Assembly (NCBI GenBank): GCA_024679065.1
Contig: JAGIQG010000006.1
Location: forward strand, 75,702,001-75,766,000
Direction: 5' to 3'
Length of the DNA stretch: 64,000 nt
DNA from: Sphyrna mokarran
Lineage: Eukaryota
This document shows positions 24,798 to 39,580 of this stretch, in pieces (the first letter of the stretch is position 1; the number at the start of each line of letters is the position of its first letter). The notes beneath the pieces are model-generated. The model was not told the DNA's origin. It searched no databases and was given only the letters and a program-made list of their open reading frames with translations. The position numbers and the translations under genes are program-made.

Positions 24798-25135
24798 GGC
24801 ATGGTGGCACACTGTTGCCTCACAGTGCCAGGGACCCAGATTCAGTTCTGGCCATGGGTGACTGTCTGTGTGGAGTTTGCACTTTCTTGCTGTGATTGCA
24901 TGAGTTTCCTCTGGGTGTTCCGCTTTCCTCCTACAATCCAAAGATATGCAGGTTAGGTGGATTGGCCGTACCAAATGCCCTTTACTGTCCCAAGGTGTGT
25001 AGGTTAGGTGGATTAGCTATAGTAGATATGTATTGATATGAGGATAGGGTCTGGAGTAAGATGCTCTGTCAGACAGTCTGTGCAAACTCAAAGGGCTGAA
25101 TAATCCCTTTTGCACTGTAGGGATTCTATGATTCT
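24798..25135 (+). mobile_element. HE1-type V-SINE (tail type A); the only + strand copy seen
   Basis: GGCATGGTGGCAC..CTGTTGCCTCACAGTGCCAGGGACCC, V-domain and tail TGCACTGTAGGGATTCTATGATTCT. The A-box is partly deleted. Confidence 0.85.
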
Positions 25136-25298
25136 TTCAGGTAAAAAATGATATAGGGGACACAAGTTCCATAGAGTCTATATTAGATGTAAGGAATCTT
25201 TAAATTTCACAGAATAAATTTTACAAGCTGTCTTGTCTTTCATGCACTTAGCTTTTTCAAATCCTCAAACTGCGTGTTTTTCATTAGGTTGCCTATAG

Positions 25299-25592
<294 letters not shown>

Positions 25593-26439
25593 TAGATTGT
25601 TACTATAGTATTACCATTTTGGTGCTGAAAACCGAGTAAAAATAGCAAAAGCAAATTACAGTGGATGCTGGAAATCTGAAATAAAAATAGAAAATGCTGG
25701 GAATATTCAGCACATCTGGAAATATCTGTGGGAGAAAAACAGAGTTCCTAGGTGAAATTTGAACCTGACAAGAAGGGTGGATATCTGAGCGGGAAGCAGA
25801 TTAAAAGAGCTGAAATTGCCAGTTTATTAGGAAACCAGCAGGAATCTGACAAGTTTTAAGCTAAGTGTGAGGAACGCCCTCTGGCAGATGGACCAGCTAT
25901 TTACATATGTAAACTATCTATTATTTGCTTCTTCAACCTTGAATTATGACATGAATATCACTCACTGGTTTTCCCAGCTTCCCAAACATGCTGGAGAAAG
26001 TTAAGAGAATAGTGGGAAGAAAGTGAGAGGATAGTGAGAAGAACATGAGAGGATAGTGGGAAGAAGATGGGAGGATAGTGGGAAGAAAGTGAGAGGATAG
26101 TAGGAGAAGAGAGGCCTGAGCAATTAACAAGTAAGGAATATTTTGAACACTGTTACCTTGCACCTGTTCCTTGCCTAAGTGAAAATGTTTTGGTCACAGA
26201 ATCGATTTGGAGAATGTGCTTTCACTGCTTGAGAGGCAATTTTCAAGACTTTGAATATTCTTTTACTATCATGGAGTTTTTTTTTGCCTTTGATCTTTGC
26301 TTCCAGCTGTCAACATTCTCATCAGCAAGGGAAATCCTTATATAGATCTACCTTGAGGAACAAGAGGAGCATCAGGAGCAGCAGCCTTCTCTTTAATCAT
26401 TGTGGCTTCACAGGACAGAGGCAATAAACACAGAGCCCC

Positions 26440-27710
26440 AACTCACAGAAGGCAATATCCACCAAACAGATTTACGGATGGAGGATATGACTGAGCACCA
26501 GTGCTTCAGGATGCTCAGACTCTCTTATCAGGTGGTTTGCCTTTGTCCTGTTATTGCAGAAGCCAACCTGCCAAATGGACCAGGTAATCACACATTAGGG
26601 TGAGAGTCAAAGTGACCACAGCCTTTAATCTCTTCACCTCTGGTTCCTTCCAGGAATCAGTTGATGATACTTGTAGAATCTCAGGCTGCTGCCCACAAGT
26701 GTATCTTACAGGTATCAAGTTTACTTGGGTCAGCATTTGTGTACACTCTGCAACTGATGAGGTCAAGTCAGAAGAACAGGCATTCTGACTTGACACCCTG
26801 CCTGGCTTCTCATAGGTCCAGGGAGTCAAATCATGTGACAATCAGGCTGGCCCCAATTACCCTGGAATCTTCATCAATCAAGGACATCAATGTTTAGCTC
26901 AACTGCAAGAGATTGTCATTATGTCTGTGCAAGATTTCCAGGAAACTGCCATGATGCACTAATCTTGTGCCAGTCAAATCTTCCAGAGATATTCACACCT
27001 TGAAGCAGAATTAATGATTGGCTCCATGAAGGCTTTATGAGGATACGGGTGATGTTATCATTAAGGAGCCTAAAACTGATGCACAAGAAAAGTACAACTA
27101 ACACCACAAGAACACTAGAGTTGTAACTGAGCAAGTGATCAGACTGCTGCAATGTGATTCATGTGCTTGGACAGGTCTGAGGGCACCCTTTATTAAACAG
27201 ACAAAACAGGAACTGGTATAAGCCATTCTTGTCTACTTTACCATTCAATGTGGTTGATTTTCCAGCTCAACTCCTATCTTCCTGCATTATCATCACATCA
27301 CTCAATTCCTTTAGTACACAAAAATCTATTGATCTCTATTAGTATACATCAATCAGAGTTTGCAAAATGACAGTATTCTGCTGTGCCTTGTACAACATTG
27401 AATTGCAATTAGGGCTAAAGCTCCAAAATGAGGAAGGTAATGAACACTCTGCATCTTCAGAAGAGAAGCAACAGGGGGAGCAGCAAGGAGGCTAGGAGGA
27501 GCAGCAAGGAAACAAGGAGGATCATCCAGGAGATCATGAGGAGCAGCAAGGAGACCAAAATAATCCTCCGGAGACCAGGGGGAGCAGCAAGAAGACAAGG
27601 AGGATCAGCCAGGAGACCAGAACGAGTATGATGTGGCGAGGACACGAATAACTGCACTCGCAGCTGTCAGGCGTGACTCGAACAATCTGATTCAGGACAT
27701 TACATTTAAC
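26440..27710 (+). pseudogene. Near full-length decayed PIF/Harbinger (HARBI1-like) transposase, interrupted by a ~150-bp LINE fragment (~27200-27350)
   Basis: Successive frames give MTEHQCFRMLRLS..; VRVKVTTAFNLFTSGSFQ; SQAAAHKCILQVS; LAGFS*VQG..PGIFINQG; YVCARFPGNCHDALILCQSNLP..WL; AQEKYN*HHKNTRVVTEQVIRLL; FMCLDRSEGTL; RVCKMTVFCCALYNI. This is the HARBI1 motif order, with many stops and frameshifts. The element probably spans ~25750-28940. Confidence 0.85.
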
Positions 27711-29458
27711 CTGAGTGAGTGCAGCCATTTACCATTCCAATTCTGAAGCCACTGTGTGCCCTTTCAATCCCCACAACAGAGCAGCCCCACACTCGGCAAT
27801 CATCCCAAGATGAGAAAACGGAATAATGATATCAATTTTATGGTACATAAGAATGAAATGTGACAATGCAAACACTGTTTTAAAATCTGGAGTAAATATC
27901 CTTGTGCAAATACAAATCTTTCTGTTTGTACTACTGCTATTTGGTGTTTATGTGGCTTCAACTGAGCTAGAGGCAGGTGAGTCTTTCCTCTACTCTGACA
28001 GATCAGATGCTCTTGACTGACAGCCTTGAGCTTGAGAGGTTGGAAAAGCCCTGCCAAAGACTCACCAGCATTTAAACAGCAGGGCAAATCTGGACATCAG
28101 GGCAGGAAGCACAACTTCTGTGTTCCCATTCTCCATCTTCCCTCTCATAGTCCACCCATACTTCCCTGCTAGCCAAAGGTTGTAGAATACTTAGCTGCAC
28201 TTCAGTGGGATGCTGAATGCCAAGGCAAACTCTCCCATAGTCCTGCTTAACCCTGAGTGAGCAGAGCAGTGGGGAAGGCTGTCATGTACTCTGTGGATTG
28301 CTGCATCTGATGCTTCATGTAGGAGGCCACTCTTTCCATGGCTGCAGAGGGTGAATGTCGGTGGTGACAAATCAGATGAGGATGCAGGGAGGTGCCTCAA
28401 GAGAGAGGGATGAGATACCCACAAGATGTTGACTTGAGACTAGCAGGAAAAGGCTGGGAAAGACAGAGTGAGGGAGGATATTACATACCACTTACCTTCC
28501 GTGACAAAGACATTGCACCTGCTGCAGGACCAATGAGCCACTTTCCAACTCGCTGATCTCCCTGCCATTTCAAATGGCAGCTGTTTATTTTCCAACTTGC
28601 CTGTGGGAAACAGAATCTCTCTACAGCAATCTCGCAAGATACATTGTTGTAGTGTGGCGCTACGTTGCCATATTAAATCTCCATACCTTCCTGATTTTGA
28701 TTCTGTCAACAAATCTTTGATATCCTTCAAGTCTGACTCTCTTCAGGCCCCTTTAAATAATTGAGCTGAAATAAATTGATGTGTGTATTTCTCACGTTCG
28801 CCCACTCTAATTGGTCAGGAAACACAGAGGTCAGATGCATATGGGTTAAAAAGCTATTGAGAAGCACACTGCTGAAACACCTGGCTTCCTGATTCACTCC
28901 TGGCCTCCCTCCGTGTGGGTAGGTCTTTGATTCAGCCTTTTCAGAACAGGGGTGTAACAGGGAATGAATCAAAAAGATATTGGGATAATGATACAGCAAC
29001 ACGCAATTACATTAACAATTGGTTATTATAACAAGTTTCACATGATGACACATATTTCCACGTGTGATCTGAGTTTGCCACACTTCCCTATTAAATTCTT
29101 GTTTTTTCTGGTAACTAATATAAAACATAGAGGGTGAAATTGATCTTTGGTGGTAGCACAAAACAGGCAATTGATGTCCTGTTTTACACTCTGCTCGATT
29201 TTCTCTTTCATTGATAAGATGTAAAATGAGCTGCCGATTTATTATCACCCTTTTTAAATGATTGTCAAAAGCCAATTTCAATCTCATAGTTTCTCCTGTC
29301 CCTTCACTATACTGCAAAGCAATAGCTGTTGTGTGCTTATAAAAGCTCAATTTCCAAAACAGTAGCAAGGAAAGGGGTTGATTTGATCATTCCGTCACTT
29401 TGATCATTTTCATAAATTGGTTGGAAAAAACCATTTTAAAGCAGTCAGGAATTACTTA

Positions 29459-29650
29459 GGACGAGATTCTCTGGCCTCTCCTCAGCCTCTATCTCAGTAG
29501 CAGGAAACAATGTAGCATTTGTTGGCAATAGGGTCCTCTGGTTCCACCGTTATCAATGGGAATTCTCATTGAACTCACTCCCCACTGCCAGAAAACCCAC
29601 GGCAGGACATGAGAATCTCACTGGAGTGAACAGCCAGAGAATTCCAGACA
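29459..29650. mobile_element. Short (~190 bp) Harbinger-type MITE
   Basis: Ends GGACGAGATTCTCTGGC / GCCAGAGAATTCCAGAC. The interior (..caatgggaattctcattga..) resembles the reverse complement of 52457-52653. Confidence 0.55.
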
Positions 29651-30169
29651 TAATTTCCATTTATTTGTATAAATGAAATCACTCTAATTACTAACAAAAA
29701 GATCTTTGAATAGATTTTTTGAATTATCTTTATAACCTATAACAAGATGTCAATAGAAAAGAGGGATTCCTCCTTAAAGTCAGCGTATTTTTAAACTGCC
29801 TTTCACCACAGAATAATATTCACACTGTTGCCATACTTGATACCATAACTTTAGAGATAAACTGGGACAAATTAATTATGGTCCAATTTTGGGCGCATAC
29901 CATCAACCTGCCTGAGGCAAGACCACAAATGGAAGGCAGGACATTCTTTGGGTGACTCGTTGGCACCTGATGTGCCTTGACAGGTAACTCATCTCTTCTC
30001 ATGATAGGAATATCAGACCACTTGCCTTCCTGGCAGCAGCTTGAATATATTTTGCAGAATGTGAGGGGGGGGGTGTAGCAATGGAGAGTGCCTAATTGTA
30101 GGATTCCTGTTGACTCAGTGGAGCTCTGCTACTTCAGCTGGTTCCAGAACAATGGGGGCAAAGTTAAGT

Positions 30170-31176
30170 CAGCATTCACCACCTGTGGGAATGTTGGCGA
30201 CTGCTCCAGATTTGGCAAAAGACAGAAGTCACAAACCTCGTCGATGAGATTGTGACTTCTGATTTTCCCTGCCCCTTTGCTGGCGAGGGAATCAGGTTAA
30301 GGCCACAATGGGTGTAAACCAGGTTTAAATACATAACCATACATTTGAATATTATTAAAGGCTCCCTCACTGTAAATTGAGCGTGAGGCATATTTAAAAC
30401 TGCGCTGATGTGATATCGCATTGACATGGTTTACAACAAGTTGACCCGGAGGTGAACCTGTTATGGGGATCCACCCTGAGGGCATAAAGCTGAGTATAGT
30501 CCCCAGGGGAAAGGGACATTTTCAGGTAATGCCAGAGCAAATCCCAGCGTGAGCATCATGGAGGAGGGCGAAATTCATTTATTCCTGGTGGTGGGGGAAA
30601 CAGACGTGAGAACTGAGGAAGTCAGGAATGGTGGTTTGGAGTAGGAGGGTTAGTGCCGGTTGTGTGGATGGAGGTTTGGGCAGATGTGGACCAATGTTTG
30701 AAGAGAAAGAATGAGGTTGGGAGCTAGCATTGACTGTTGTTTGGGTGGGGGGGTGCAGTTTGGAAGATGTTTAAAGGGAAAGTTGGGGAGTAGATACTGG
30801 CATTGACTGGTTGGGTGGCGGGCTGCGGGTAAGGGGTCCGATGTTCAGGGAGGGAAGAGGAATGCCAGCATTGACAATGTGGGTTGGGGGTTGAGGAGAT
30901 GAGATCCAATGTTCTGGAGGGACAGGGCAGGGGATGTCAGCATCCATAGTGGGATGGGGGCAGGTTACTTTTTGGTCTGATCAGGACATCTTTTAAACTT
31001 GGCACCTAATTTGCAGTGCAGCCAAACTTTGCTGGCATTTTGAGGCCTCACCTATCTACATGATGGTGTGAAACACACCCCTGTTTTTTTATGACAGAGT
31101 GTGATAAGATCTGGAGAGGAACACACTGTTTTTCTTGCCAGAACTAACACTATCATTGTTTGGTAAGATTTTGCCA
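30170..31176. mobile_element. ~1-kb MITE-like element with G-rich core
   Basis: Same architecture as the other MITEs (atttaaat motifs, G-rich core, end GGTAAGATTTTGCC). The left end is unclear. Confidence 0.45.
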
Positions 31177-34122
31177 AATTTTTTTGTAAATTTTGTCAGT
31201 AGGCCTGAATCCTTGCACTACTTGTTACAATTTAATTTTTGCAAGAGGGTCTAAAACAGGCATTAAATCCATTTTTTATATATAAGTTGTCAAATACCTA
31301 TTTTAGGGAGCTGTCTCTGATGTCTGTAAAATGGCCCTACTCAATATCAGGTTGGAAATCCTGCGGTTATCCTTTTGATATTGGTATTGGTCATTAAAAT
31401 CAGTTTATATTGTGTCTGTTTTATGCCTGTTAAATGGGCACAACAAGATCCAATATCTGAATTCTGAATATTATATCAACCAAACTAATTTTCAATTACA
31501 TCCACATTAAAGACCACATTACCTTTGATCTGTATCTGGGGGTTTTCATGAAATGATCTCTCAAATTCATAAAACGACAGCCACATGTTCTTACAATTAC
31601 TGAAATTTTTTGCAGTTCACATCATAAATTTATAAAGGAATATTCGTATTTGTTCCAAGTCAATAACTGTAACATATTAAAATGTTTCCAAGAGATTTTC
31701 ATAAAATTCCTAATCAAAGCAGTATCATCAAATGCTAAATTCTAACCCAAGTAGAATGCCCCTGGGGCCAAGTGGGATAGTCCCTGTAAACAGGCCCAGA
31801 GATCAGGATGCAGGATTAATCTTCTGCCATTGTTGGTGGTGTAGACTGCACATCAGTCTAGTGCTGATCACACTGGCTCAATGTGGTGAAAGGTGAGCAT
31901 CGGCTAACATTAATTGGCACTATGTAATGTCAGCCAGCTCCTCTTAAAAGGGAAGTGGTGGGAGCAGGAGTCTGAAATTATTTTACAACTGATTCTGACA
32001 TGGAAAAGATAGAAAAATAGCACAACATGGGAGAAAATAGGCTTGAAAGTAATCCAGAACTTCAGTGGTAACCTTGGTCAATGAAATGCAGAAGGAGAAA
32101 GAGCACGAGTAGCACAAATAAGGTCATGACTGCTTGTAACAGCAGGGTCTGCTAGTGAAAATGGCAGCCTTTGCATGCTTCTTGACTTCATTTTGTGTTT
32201 TGAGCCCACGACAGGGACAAAGGGCAGCCCATGAGGTGGAATGGGACTGGGGAAGTGGTGATGGAGACTTAGAAATCATTAAACTGAGGTCAGAAATGAT
32301 GTGACAGATTCTGTTGCACTGTTCAAAAACAAGCAGGATATTCTCCCAATGTCCTGGGCAAGAATCACCCCTCAACCAACATGATAGAGACAGAATAATT
32401 GGTTATTCAATATACTACGGTGCACAAATCAACAACTGTCTTTAAGACAACAGTAAAAACATTTCAAAAGTAATTTGTCGACTGAGGGAGATCTAAAAAT
32501 GTGAAAACTATTATACAAATTCAAGTGTTTTATTTTCCTTATGTTCACAACGTATATTTCATGACTTAGAAGTCCTCACCACAGAAAAATTCAGTGAGAA
32601 GATTATTTTTTAAATAGGATTTAATTGCAACATGGAATAAAACTTGCTTTCTTTCAAAGGTCTGTAGTGTCACTTAATCATAGGAAACTGCAGGATGTCA
32701 GAAGGTTGGCATCCTTCAACAGATGTTGCTCATAAGTATTAGAGCAGATGTGCTTGACACAGGAATGATGTGACCCAGCGGTTTCAGTGCTATCATTCTC
32801 TTCCGTGCCTTCTGTTCTTACCAACTCTTCCATTTAGATCCAGCCAGAAACTAGCCGCTCCTGACCTCATTTGCAGCCCTGAATCAAACCCAGGCAAAAG
32901 TGCTGAATGTTAAAGGGGAGATGAAGAGTAGCCCCTTCTTTCCCATTAGAAATCAGGGCAGCATTTAGCTGAGTGTGCAGCATGGCACCAACCCAAGCAA
33001 AACCGAAGTCAATGGTGGTGAGGATGCGTGGGACAATAGAGGTGCTGCAGTGATTAAAGGCAAACTATTCCAACAGCTGGAGTTACACCTGATACATCGG
33101 AAGCTGTCTGGGGTTAATGAAAGCCAAATCATTACAGCCCTAACCTTGCCACTAGAGTTCCTCAAGGCAGTGTCTTTGCCCCAATCAATTTGAGTCATTT
33201 CACCAACTGGGAAATTGGGCTTTCACAACTGAGACACATTGATTTTGTTAGGTAAATAAGAGAATTTAAGCACATGGAGCAAAGTAGATACATGGAATCA
33301 GAATAGATAAGCCATGAAATAATTGAATATTTATGTGGGCTTGAAGGGCTGAATAGTCTACTCCTGATCCTATGTCCTGCATTAGAATGATCACAACTGG
33401 AAAGTTTGCTCGAACACTGAAACAATCAGTTTCCAATAATATGGGAAAAACCACTGAGTAGTTTTAATGTTAGAAGGAAGTTGCAGTATAATGGCTTCTT
33501 AGAGAACAGAAATAGTATTTTGACCCTGATAAGAGCTACAAAACAACAGCGGTTTTGCCAAATTTAATGGCAGAAGTCAAATTATTTTTTGTTCCCCTGA
33601 CTCTTGGTTGCAGCCAACCAGATTGAGAGGCTGGGGAAGTTTGAGGGGCTTGGAGTGAGGAAAAGAGGAAGAATCCCTGTTTCTGCTTATCTCTCACCTC
33701 TCATTTCCCTTCAGTTGCTGGATTTCCCGAGACCTTGGAAACCCAGCTGGCGAGCAGCCTCAAATTTTAAGTGTTGGTAAAATGCAGAGCTGACTCCACA
33801 GACTGGAATTCACAACAGATGGTATTAGCATTTCATTTCCTTTTGTTATTATTAATCCCTGTGGGATTTTTCCTCATTCACTCACCGGATGCAAGGTGAT
33901 ATGCTTTAGGTCTATCTTAGCAAACCAAAGTTTCAAAACTTTGATACATTTGAAACATAATGCAATCTGTAAATCCTAATGTGGTTTGAGATCATTGTTA
34001 GTTGAATTGGATAAAGTTATCCTTGGAGGCACCTACATTGTTTGGATACCTGGAAACCTCTTTCCCAAGGCTCTCGCCAGGGACATCTGAATATCCCTCT
34101 CAAAGAGAATTCAGTAAATTGG

Positions 34123-34424
34123 AAGTTAAAGTTTATTTGTTAGTCACAAGTAAGCTTGCATTAATACTGCAATGAAGTTACTGTGAAAATCTCCTAGAAA
34201 ATCCCGCCACACTCTGGCACCTGTTCAGGTACACTGAAGGGCAAATTAGCATGGCAATCCACCTAACCAGCACATTTTTGGACCACAGGAGTAATCAGAG
34301 CACACAGAGGAAACCTATGCATACACGAAGAGGACATGCAAACTTACACAGGCAGTGACCCAAGCCTGAAATCGAAGCCGGATTCCCGGTGCTGTGAGGC
34401 AGCAGCGCTTACCACTATGCCACC
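34123..34424 (-). mobile_element. HE1-type V-SINE (tail type B)
   Basis: Head GGTGGCATAGTGGTAAGCGCTGCTGCCTCACAGCACC and tail ..CACAGTAACTTCATTGCAGTATTAATGCAAGCTTACTTGTGACT. Confidence 0.85.
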
Positions 34425-34724
34425 TACCCACCCACCCCCCACCATCCATCATGCCATCTCCTGATGCTCTGATGTCGACTGAAGAAATATTTAACCCATC
34501 TGTTGGTTGCTTGTCTTTTCATCATTTTTGTTCTTGTGATTGACATTCACTTTCAACTGCATCTTGATATAATGAGAATGCTTTTATTTGAACCTCCCAT
34601 CATGCTTACAGTGAGCACAATCTGATTTTTAAAGATCTCTTGTGCCTCACTTCCCTATACCAAGGGAATCCCTTGAAGGTCTTTAATATTTCTTGTTTGT
34701 AAGTATCTAAAATGAAGAAAGTAT

Positions 34725-35130
34725 AAAGAACTTGAAGTTACAAGAGCTTTCGACATTCTTGGAACACTGCACAGTGCTCCACAATCAATAAACTATCTGA
34801 ATTGCGCAATCACAATTGCACATACAGTGGGCTAATTTTCACATAGCAAGACACCAGAAACAGCAATGAGGCACATCATCACGTAATTTGCCTTAGTAAC
34901 TTTGGATGAGGATCAGATTTTGGCTAGGACATTCGAAGGACATTTCTGCACCTCTTCAAATAGTGCCTTAGGAACTTTAGCATTCAACAATGAAAACAAT
35001 TTAGCATTTCATTCTGAGGATATCCCTCAACCAGTGTTGCAAGACTACATATTGAAATGGGTGATTGGGCATTGATTTTGGGATATGCCAACTCTTACAA
35101 AATAGCACTACCATTGAGGCAAGGCTGAAT
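34725..35130 (-). mobile_element. Old Deu-domain SINE (SacSINE1-like)
   Basis: Minus strand TCAGCCTTGCCTCAATGGTAGTGCT head and GGCACTATTTGAAGAGG..ATGTCCTAGCCAAAATCT core. Confidence 0.55.
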
Positions 35131-36238
35131 AATGGTATAATGCCCAAAGCATAAATATATTTGCAATGATACTATGGAGAAATCTCATTTTCTGATGCAA
35201 TTATGTCAATATCAGGGAATATTAGTATTTATGTCCTTTGGTCTGTGACTTAGCACATTCTCCAGTTGATGGAACACCTTGGTAGTGTTGCTTAAAGGTA
35301 GTAGTTAATTCAGCAAAAATAATATTACTTGATTTTCATAAAACTAAAACAGAATTGCTTTTGAAAGACCTGTACAATGATTTATTCATCCTTGCTGGCT
35401 TTTCATTTGCTCTTATTTCTCATCATTAATTTGTTCTGCAATGTGGAACATTTCTCACTAAATGGAGTAAGAATTAAATACATTGCAAATAATCTGTCTA
35501 TGACGAAACAAAGCAAAATTGAAGAAAATAATAAAGGAGGTCCAAGTCATTTCACGTGAGCTGATCTTCCTAATTTGAGATGGGAAAATGTTATTAGAGA
35601 TCACCAATACTAATTTATTATGATCACAACATAATGAAAGACAGATGTTTCTAAATTATCTGCACATTTTAGTGAATTTTTTTACTTCTGTCATATTTAA
35701 ACAACAGCCAGACTTACGACTTTTGATAAGCAACTCATTGCGATATATTTAAAAACTATTATTCCGCATTTTTAGTGTATTAGTGTGTTCCCCACCATCA
35801 CATTGCAAATACAAATGTCTTTATTAATGTTTTGATTTTAATCTTAAAGGGAACTTGCCACCTATTTATCAAAAGTAAACAAATACACATTTTCTATTGT
35901 AAAATATTTTCATCTTTGGTGAGGGTATTCTGGATTCATGAGGCATTTCAAATTATTTAGGTCAACAGGAAGATCTTATTAATACTGAGACTGTAATTGC
36001 AGTGAATTTTAATTATTGCTCAGCCAACACAGTGCTGTATGATTCTCTGCTTCAATTATACTTTATGTCTGTCTTTTGTCTTGCATAGAAGGTAGAGAAG
36101 GATACACAGGAGGGAAAGGGAATGTACAGCTGAGTGAAAGTTTACAGTTGTGATTCCTCATGAATGAAGTCAAGATTGTCATCAATCCAACACACACTAT
36201 TTTGTAAATATTAATTTCGCTTAATGCTCTTTTGTTGA

Positions 36239-36532
<294 letters not shown>

Positions 36533-38534
36533 TGAAACAAAATAATAAATTAATGGCATAGTTAGAATGAAGTTCTGTTACAATAAGTCACCATTATAAT
36601 TGGTAAATAAGTTCTTACCATAGCAATGATTATATCTGCATCATTCTAAAAATAGCCATGTGGGAGTCTAGAATAAGAACCTTATAATTACAGCTAGACC
36701 ATGAGGGAATGATATCAGGAAACACATCTTATAGAATCATAGAACATTTAAAGGAGGAGGCCATTCAGCCTGTCATGTCTGTTCTGGTTCTCTTCTCAAG
36801 CAATTCAGCTCATCTCACACCATTCCCTTGCCTCCACCCCCCCATCATTGCAGTTTTCTTTTATACAGAGGATGATGGAAATCCGGTGTTCTCTTCCCTA
36901 AACACTGCTGAGGATAGGTTAAGGAAACATTTCAAACTGAATAAAAGGTTGTGGAACAATGGTGGGTAGATAGAGTTAAGCTACAGGTCAGTTTTAATCT
37001 AATCGAATGGTACTGCAGACTTGAGGAGCTGAATGTTCATTTTAACTAACAATGTTCTTATGTTCTTAATGTGTTTGAGCTTGCTACATACATCAAAGCT
37101 ACCAATTGCTAACAGCAGTGACATCATCACAACCAGCCTGGTACAACTGACATGTTATTTGTGAATAATTTCCTTTTGGCTGTTGCGCTTCTGAATTGCT
37201 GATTGATAGATCTACATTCATTGAATCTGATTCTCAATTTTGGACTGAAATATGGAACTTGTTTTCTTAGATTGCAGTTTATAACCCCTGCTGCATCCAT
37301 CTAAAAAAACTGTAGCTATTCTTAATCAACTAAACGTCTATCTGGATGTGAACAGAACAAATTAAGGCATATTGCAAACATCTGTGTAGAATTAAGATGA
37401 GTTCAACAGGGATGTTTTTCAAATTCAAGCTGACATTTACTGATTGATGCATGCAATTCCTTTTATAAGTTCTGAGATAGGATTTAGTGGTGAAACCCAC
37501 ACCCTGAATCAAAAAATAGTGGATATCCTGCCCTTACTGCAAAGCTCTCCTGCAGATTTGATTCTGGATTGCGAGCTGTAATCTCCTATACTTTTGTGGT
37601 TGTGTAACATCACAATCAGAACAGGATTCAGCATTGTACATTTTAATTAACAAATGATCAGCATAAAACAATCATTAAACTGAATTAAAATACATTGAAA
37701 ATGCTATAAAAACATTGTACTTTAAAATGAGAAAGGCAGGCTAACATTAGGGAATGGCCCTTTTATCATAACAGTCTTTAAAGTGAGTATCCCCATTTCT
37801 GTATTTAAATAACAACAACTTATATTTATACCCTGTCTTTAACATAATAAAACATCTGAAGGTGCTTCACAGGAGCATTGTAAAGCAGACTTAGACACCA
37901 AGCCACGTAAAGCAATACTGGGGCATATAGCTAAAATTTTGGTGAATGAGGTAGGAGCATCTTAAAGGGAGAAAAATGAGAGAGAAGCGGAGAATTTTAG
38001 GGAGTATGTGCCAGAACCTAAAGTCTGGCCAGCTAAGGACACAACTGTCAATGGTTAAGCAACTAACATTTGGGGTGCTCTAAAGTCTAGAATTAGATGA
38101 GCACAGGAACAAAGTTGGATTGTGGGGTTAATGGAAACTACAGAAAGAGGGTTTTACAGTAAGGTTAGTCAACAGGAAGACTGACTAAGATATATATCGA
38201 ACATGTAGAAAAATTTCTCATGATCAAGACGATGTTTTGGACACCATACCAAGCCAAGAAATAAGTAGATACATACCCACAAATTTTCCTTCAGACAAGA
38301 ACATTATAGAAACTGGAGAGTCATTTTTTAAATTCTGTGCTCCAGACTGTGGGCTCATCTGTTACTAGCTCATATCACAAATCTCATTTCCTATTATTAT
38401 CCCCCACCCTGCCGTTAACAGCAAGTTCTTATTTTGTTTCCCCACAAGAAATTTCTTACAAAACAGAACTTCTACTGAGCCATCTAATTCAATCTGGTTA
38501 TAGAAGGAAGCCATATGTGTTTTGTGCTTGCAGT

Positions 38535-39580
38535 ATTTTTTGTTTATTTATGGGATGTGGGCATCATTGGCTAGGTCAGCATTTATTGCCCATCCTTTGT
38601 TAGGTTTAAGAAGGTGGTGGTGAGCTACCTTCTTGAACCATTACAATTCTTGAGGTGTAGGTACACTTAATGCCATTAGGAAGAGGGTTCCAAGATTTTA
38701 ACTTGATAATGGTGAAGGAATGACAACATGTTTCCATCTCAAGATGTCAGGAGATGAATTACTTACCATAGAATTCCCAACTTCTGATCAACTGATGTAG
38801 CCACAGTATTTATATCGCTGGTCTAGGTCAGTTCCTAGTCAATTTCTAATCAATAGTTATGCTGAAAATAGTGACATTGGGGGATTCAGTGATGGTAATA
38901 CCATTCAATGTCAAGGAGCAATGGTTAGGTTCTCTCTTGTTGGAGGTGCTCATTATCTGGCATTCATTAGCACAAACATTACTTATCATTTGTTAGCCCA
39001 AGCCTGGAAATTGTCCAGGTCTTGCTCCATTTGGATTGCTTCAATATCTGAGGAGTTACGAATGGTGCTGAACATTGTGGAATTGTCAGCAAACATCTCC
39101 ATTTCTGATCTTATGTTGGAAGGAAGGTCATTGATGAAGTAGCTGAAGGTGATTGGACCAAGAACACTACCCTGAGGAACTCCTCTAATGATGTGCTGAA
39201 ACGGAGATGATTGACCTCCAGCTCGCACAGCCATTTCTTTCATGCTAGGTATGACCCCAACCAGCATGATCTCCCCATGATTCCCATTGACTCCAGTTTT
39301 GCTAGGGTTCCTTGATGCAACATTTGGTCAAATGCTGCCTTGATGTCATGGCACTCACATTCATCTGACCTCTGGAGTCAAACTCTTTTGTCCATGTTTG
39401 AACCAAGGCAATAATGACATCAGGAGTCAAGCGGCTTTGGCAGAACTCAAACTTGACCACCAGTGAGCAAGTTATTTTTGAGTATGTGCCAATTAATAGC
39501 GCTAATGTTGATTACTTTACTGATGATGGGACAGTAACTGGCACGGTTGGATTTGTCCTGTTTCTTGCGTGGAGGACATA
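38535..39580 (-). mobile_element. CR1-like LINE 3' part with reverse-transcriptase core
   Basis: ORF 38986..39267 reads GVPQGSVLGPITFSYFINDLPSNIRSEMEMFADN (RT domains; FADD degenerated to FADN), then QDLDNFQAWANK. The 3' tail is at ~38535. Confidence 0.85.
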
